Source of the DNA: Psammoneis japonica
Lineage: Eukaryota
Reading direction: 5' to 3'
DNA: 64,000 bases
NCBI GenBank assembly: GCA_008632985.1
Contig: QPGO01000272.1
Coordinates: 1-64,000, forward strand
The notes beneath the pieces were generated by a model. The model ran no database searches. It was not told the origin of the DNA and worked only from the letters and a program-made list of their open reading frames with translations. Of this stretch, positions 62,700-64,000 are shown piece by piece. The stretch's first letter is position 1. Each line of letters opens with the position of its first letter. The position numbers and the translations under genes are program-made.

Positions 62700-63193
62700 C
62701 ATGCACTTTGTCAAGCAACACACCACCCTCTTGTTCCGCCATGTGCGAGAGGCGATTGCCTGCAGTTTCCTCAAGTTTCATTTCATTGAAGGTTCCCACA
62801 ACCCAGCTGACATCCTCAGCAAGCACTGGAGCCACTCCCAGGTCTGGAACTTTCTTCATCCTCTGATGTTTTGGAGTGTCAATCCCAAGGCTTTCAACTG
62901 ATCCGATTTCAAATCTGTTGCTGTTGACCCCTCAAGCAAACTGGGGAGTGACAGGATTAGAAAGAGATTTTGGTTTGCCACATGTGATTGTGTGTGCTCT
63001 CAGTTTTGCGTGCAGTGCGCAATGCAGTTTGCTTTCAAGCCACATGGCTCACAAGAACAACAACAGCAGTGCCGGTGTCATGACACCAGTCTTTCTTCTC
63101 CTGAAATGGTCTCAGCACAGAGACTCATTTGCCACTTAGACAGCAGCAAGGAGTCATTGTTTTCTTCCACCCACTCATCTTCAATTTCTGTCA
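62700..63193 (+). mobile_element. Truncated relative of the 111-7218 copia family: RNase H end, PPT and 3' LTR (62949-63193)
   Basis: FRHVREAIA...FIEGSHNPADILSKHW; CCTCAAGCAAACTGGGGAGTGACAGGA identical to the first element; ends TTCAATTTCTGTCA. Confidence 0.88.
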
Positions 63194-64000
63194 TGAGGTC
63201 AGGACGCAGAGTCTGAAGGTTCATTGCAAGTGTCTCCTCACACATCTTGGCTTTCCTGTTGGCTGCTTCATGTTTCACTTGGCACAAAACATCCTTGTGG
63301 GCTGCTGAAGCAAAATCTGAGTGGCCACAAAGTGAGCCCCACATCACATGGAAGAATGCAGGAGCACTCACTTCACATTTTTGGGTGCAGACTTCATTGG
63401 ACAAAGGATGAATGGTCCTGAAAATTTGATTGGGAGGGCAGACAGGGCCATTCTGTGGCTGTCATCAGCCAAGGTCTTGCCATCTGATGCCGGATTGCTC
63501 CGCAAATGTGTGTTGCCAGTTTTTCTTTTTTCTCTGACAATTTTTTGCTGCATCAAAATTTTCAGCTCTGTGGCAATTGCACAAGGAGGTTCAAGGTTCA
63601 AGGCAGGTTTGAGGGCAGTGAGTGGTGATGATTTCCCTTTGCGTCTGCTTGTTGGCGCACATGTGTGCTGCACCATCGCAGCCAGCTCTCAACACTGCAT
63701 GGGAGGTCTGTCCTTTCCCTGCCGTTTGCTTGAAACAAACAGTGAGCTTTGTTGACTGCACAAAATCAAATGTTGCAAGTGCAAGCAAAAGCAGCAGGAG
63801 GGCTTCAAAGGGGCAAGGTCTGTGTTTTGGCCAAATCATTGTGAGCTGTGACATGGATGCACAAGGGCAAAAAGAGACACAAGCACAACAATGATGTGTG
63901 CACAAATGAGCGCTGATGATTTGGCTGCTGCACTTGATTGCCTCTCAACCAAGGTCTTTGTGTGACAGTGGAGGTGCAATGCAACATGTTGTGTTGGCAT

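Noticed and set aside
17700..64000. Hundreds of overlapping Cys/His/Gln/Trp-rich ORFs that resemble novel metal-binding proteins
   Set aside because: Loss of TA removes TAA/TAG stops in all six frames and enriches TG/CA codons, so these ORFs are by-products

Overview
Eukaryotic, most likely diatom, nuclear DNA. The evidence is CoDi-like Ty1/copia elements, a DUF6824-type gene with short GT-AG introns, and RNI-like LRR genes. A short island of ordinary genes (DUF6824-type, MFS transporter, LRR; about 10.6-17.4 kb) sits among nested mobile elements: a full-length copia element with 5-bp TSD, a tyrosine-recombinase retrotransposon with split direct repeats, a 447-bp TRIM, MITEs, and a giant DUF6589-like/RecQ-like ORF. 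There is also a triplicated lipase + Zn-finger gene unit. The dominant signal is that TE-rich blocks have lost most TpA dinucleotides through TA->TG/CA transitions, so conserved Tyr becomes Cys or His and TAA/TAG stops disappear. Paired mutated and unmutated copies inside the window give the direction of change. They also show that it acts on chromosomal DNA after insertion, on both strands, has sharp borders and spreads into host sequence. This looks like a RIP-like genome-defence hypermutation running in the opposite (A:T->G:C) direction. Coordinates inside degenerate blocks are approximate. All family assignments come from motif recognition by eye, not database searches.
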